Shown: positions 62,473 to 64,000 of the stretch, piece after piece | How positions within the stretch are numbered: the first letter of the stretch is position 1 | How the letters are laid out: the number at the start of each line of letters is the position of its first letter | IMG/VR virus record: IMGVR_UViG_3300009026_000007 | Location: 1-64,000 of that record | Reading direction: 5' to 3' (one strand) | DNA: 64,000 nt | Source of the DNA: a virus | Notes under the pieces: model-generated | Told to the model about the DNA's origin: nothing | The model's input: the letters and a program-made list of their open reading frames with translations, nothing else | Databases searched by the model: none | Position numbers and translations under genes: made by a program

Positions 62473-62558
62473 TCTCTGTCCCTCACGAGGTCTTCTAAGC
62501 CTTTGACATTAAACTAGAGGATGGATGTCACGGAGTTCGATACTTCCAGAGACTACCA
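62471..62558 (+). tRNA. Non-canonical tRNA-Arg(UCU)-like RNA: 8-bp acceptor, 4-bp T-stem, no local D-arm, long variable arm, encoded CCA
   Basis: AGTCTCTG/CAGAGACT-A-CCA; GAGGT-CTTCTAA-GCCTT anticodon arm; TGACATT/GATGTCA variable stem; GGAG-TTCGATA-CTTC T-arm. Confidence 0.7.
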
Positions 62559-62608
62559 GTTTCACCCACAATCACTAAGATTAACTCTAAAAAGATTGTG
62601 GTATTCAC

Positions 62609-62746
62609 GCTGTCATTTTCCTCTCCTAAGACAGCACTTAAGATATTCTCTGTTCCTCCTCTCTCTCCTCGCAGAGAATATCTTCTGGCCTTGGATAGAT
62701 TATACTAGTACTCTCCTTCTAGTGTAATCTTCGCTAACAGGGCCAT
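62609..62746 (+). ncRNA. Triple-hairpin RNA with anti-Shine-Dalgarno (CUCUCCU) loops
   Basis: Stems 62609-62635, 62640-62684 and 62697-62730, each with a loop containing CTCTCCT. Confidence 0.6.
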
Positions 62747-62817
62747 TTCTAAATAATCTTGTTGTTCTTTAACGATAATGTCAGTGGTCTGATCAGGATT
62801 ATTTAGAAATTAATAGT

Positions 62818-63088
62818 AAGTAATATTTCTCATGTGTTTTAAAACCTAGAGCTAACTAGGAAGTTCGAATACTTATCTCCGCAAGCGGCTTCTGATGACT
62901 AAAGTAGGATTAATTACCCGAAAAGGTTGGTAGGAAGCTCTATTCATTAGAATTGAAGACAATAGCCAGAGTTAATCACTGTGCCGTACTGGAGTTGTGA
63001 AGCTAATGTAGGTTGGGGACGGTTGATTACCTAAAAGAGATAGAGTTGGAGATGAGCACCAACTAAAACACAGCAGAAATATTATTTA
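62818..63088 (+). ncRNA. Putative structured RNA of about 270 nt
   Basis: Closing stems AAGTAATATTTCT/AGAAATATTATTT and TGTGTTTTA/TAAAACACA enclose several hairpins. Confidence 0.45.
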
Positions 63089-63102
63089 TAGGAATATATG
63101 AC

Positions 63103-63510
63103 ATGGCTAATAAGCAGCCCCATACAGATAAACAAAAAGCAACACGCTTTGATGGTGAAAAAAGTAATAGAAATAACAAAGGCAATTCTTCTACTCGTAT
63201 CAAGAAAAGTAAGTTGCGTGAACTGGCTGACAAACTTATTGAACGTCAGGATATTGCCTTGCAATTGATTGACAAGAGTTTAAAGAGCGAAGAAGTTAAC
63301 CCGGACGCTGTAGCAAGTGCTAAGTGGATCATTACTTCAATCAATTCCGTTGTCAAGAGTGCTTCAGCAGAAGAGCTTGGTAGCTTCAATGCTCGCTTGA
63401 AAGGTAAGCGGGATGATGAAGAAGCTGAACAAACTCCTACTGAAATCAGTAAAGAATTGAAACCCCGTTTGAGTTTGGTTTATGTTGACCCCGGCGAAGA
63501 CGATGATTAA
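63103..63510 (+). CDS. Probable terminase small subunit
   Basis: ATRF.G..SN.NNKG N-terminal motif, helical core, position in the RNA-gene region that precedes packaging genes in related myoviruses. Confidence 0.5.
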   Translation: MANKQPHTDKQKATRFDGEKSNRNNKGNSSTRIKKSKLRELADKLIERQDIALQLIDKSLKSEEVNPDAVASAKWIITSINSVVKSASAEELGSFNARLKGKRDDEEAEQTPTEISKELKPRLSLVYVDPGEDDD

Positions 63511-63524
63511 GATTTAAAGAACGT

Positions 63525-64000
63525 CCTACAGAGCGAGTGAATATCGAAACTGGACCTTAGAGGTCGTTCTCTGTAAGAAATAGGTAAATACCTTTGGTTT
63601 GTGAGGAGCCACCACTAAAGTACAGAAAGCCCTAGACGTGAGTTTAGGCGAGCTACTGATACATACTTAAATGGGTAACTTTTCACGCTAAGCCCTAGGC
63701 TGAAGCCACTTTATGTGGGGGTGGTTTAGAGTTGTTTACCGACCTTATTAATTCCTTGTGTGTGCAGACGTACCCCAGCAATTTCTGCATGTTTGTTGCT
63801 GTAGGGTGAGAGCAAGGAAACCTAACTAGATCGCAAGGTCTGGTATCTCAGCTAGTTCCTGAGACCCCGGCATTCTGGCGGATGCCTGTTGTAAGACACT
63901 ACGGACAGACGTGTAGGGTTGTGAATCCCGTCATGAATCTGAGTAGGGCACTCATACTAATTTCACCTCAGAAAATGCCCACCTATTCCAAGGGTCTATA
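63525..64000 (+). ncRNA. Putative large structured RNA (may extend beyond window)
   Basis: No long ORF; GNRA-capped hairpins CCTAGAC-GTGA-GTTTAGG and CTAGATC-GCAA-GGTCTGG, plus TTCCTTG/CAAGGAA, CTCAG/CTGAG, GGCATTC/GGATGCC. Confidence 0.45.

Noticed and set aside
62543-62652. Group I intron R/S elements (CAGAGACTA ... AAGATAT)
   Set aside because: CAGAGACTA is explained as the acceptor stem, and the downstream AAGATATTCTC lacks the TAGTC needed for P7.
62521-62727. 68-aa + strand ORF over the tRNA-like and anti-SD hairpins
   Set aside because: Low-complexity translation overlapping strong RNA stems; better explained as non-coding.
62885-62940. Hammerhead ribozyme (CTGATGA...CGAAA)
   Set aside because: Stem II does not close directly between CUGAUGA and GAAA, and no UH cleavage site lies next to a stem I partner.
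1-64000. CRISPR array, integrase/lysogeny module, reverse transcriptase (DGR or retron), Z-base or deazaguanine modification genes
   Set aside because: No regularly spaced direct repeats or diagnostic protein motifs were seen in this window.

Overview
The window is about 64 kb of an AT-rich, lytic, tailed dsDNA phage genome. The gene order suggests a Pakpunavirus/Otagovirus-like myovirus infecting Pseudomonas; this is inferred from synteny and from a Pseudomonas-prophage-like insert, not from a database search. Layout: (1) 1-6641 (+): end of the baseplate, tail fibre and chaperone, beta-helix tailspike, lysis cassette. (2) 6758-27773 (-): nucleotide metabolism and replication (nrdA, nrdB, thyX, MazG-like, HAD nucleotidase, DUF5664-like, metallophosphoesterase, 5'-3' exonuclease, SSB, family A DNA polymerase, primase-helicase). 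(3) 27936-45050 (+): many small early genes behind sigma70-type promoters, including a helicase, a nucleotidyltransferase, duplicated mini-genes and a GC-rich insert. (4) 45620-59553 (-): accessory genes (MmcB-like nuclease, PTP-like phosphatase, dCMP deaminase, ClpP-like, PhoH). (5) 59665-64000 (+): an iteron/RHH/Rep-like module, a dense structured non-coding RNA locus and a probable terminase small subunit. About nine free-standing homing-endonuclease-like genes sit next to conserved genes. The three most unusual observations are a tRNA-Arg(UCU)-like RNA with an 8/4 acceptor/T-stem and no local D-arm, an adjacent triple-hairpin RNA whose loops are anti-Shine-Dalgarno, and an ancestral DUF3380-type endolysin cut off just after its catalytic motif and apparently replaced by an HNH + GH24 lysozyme cassette. 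All RNA folds were read by eye and all family assignments come from motif recognition.
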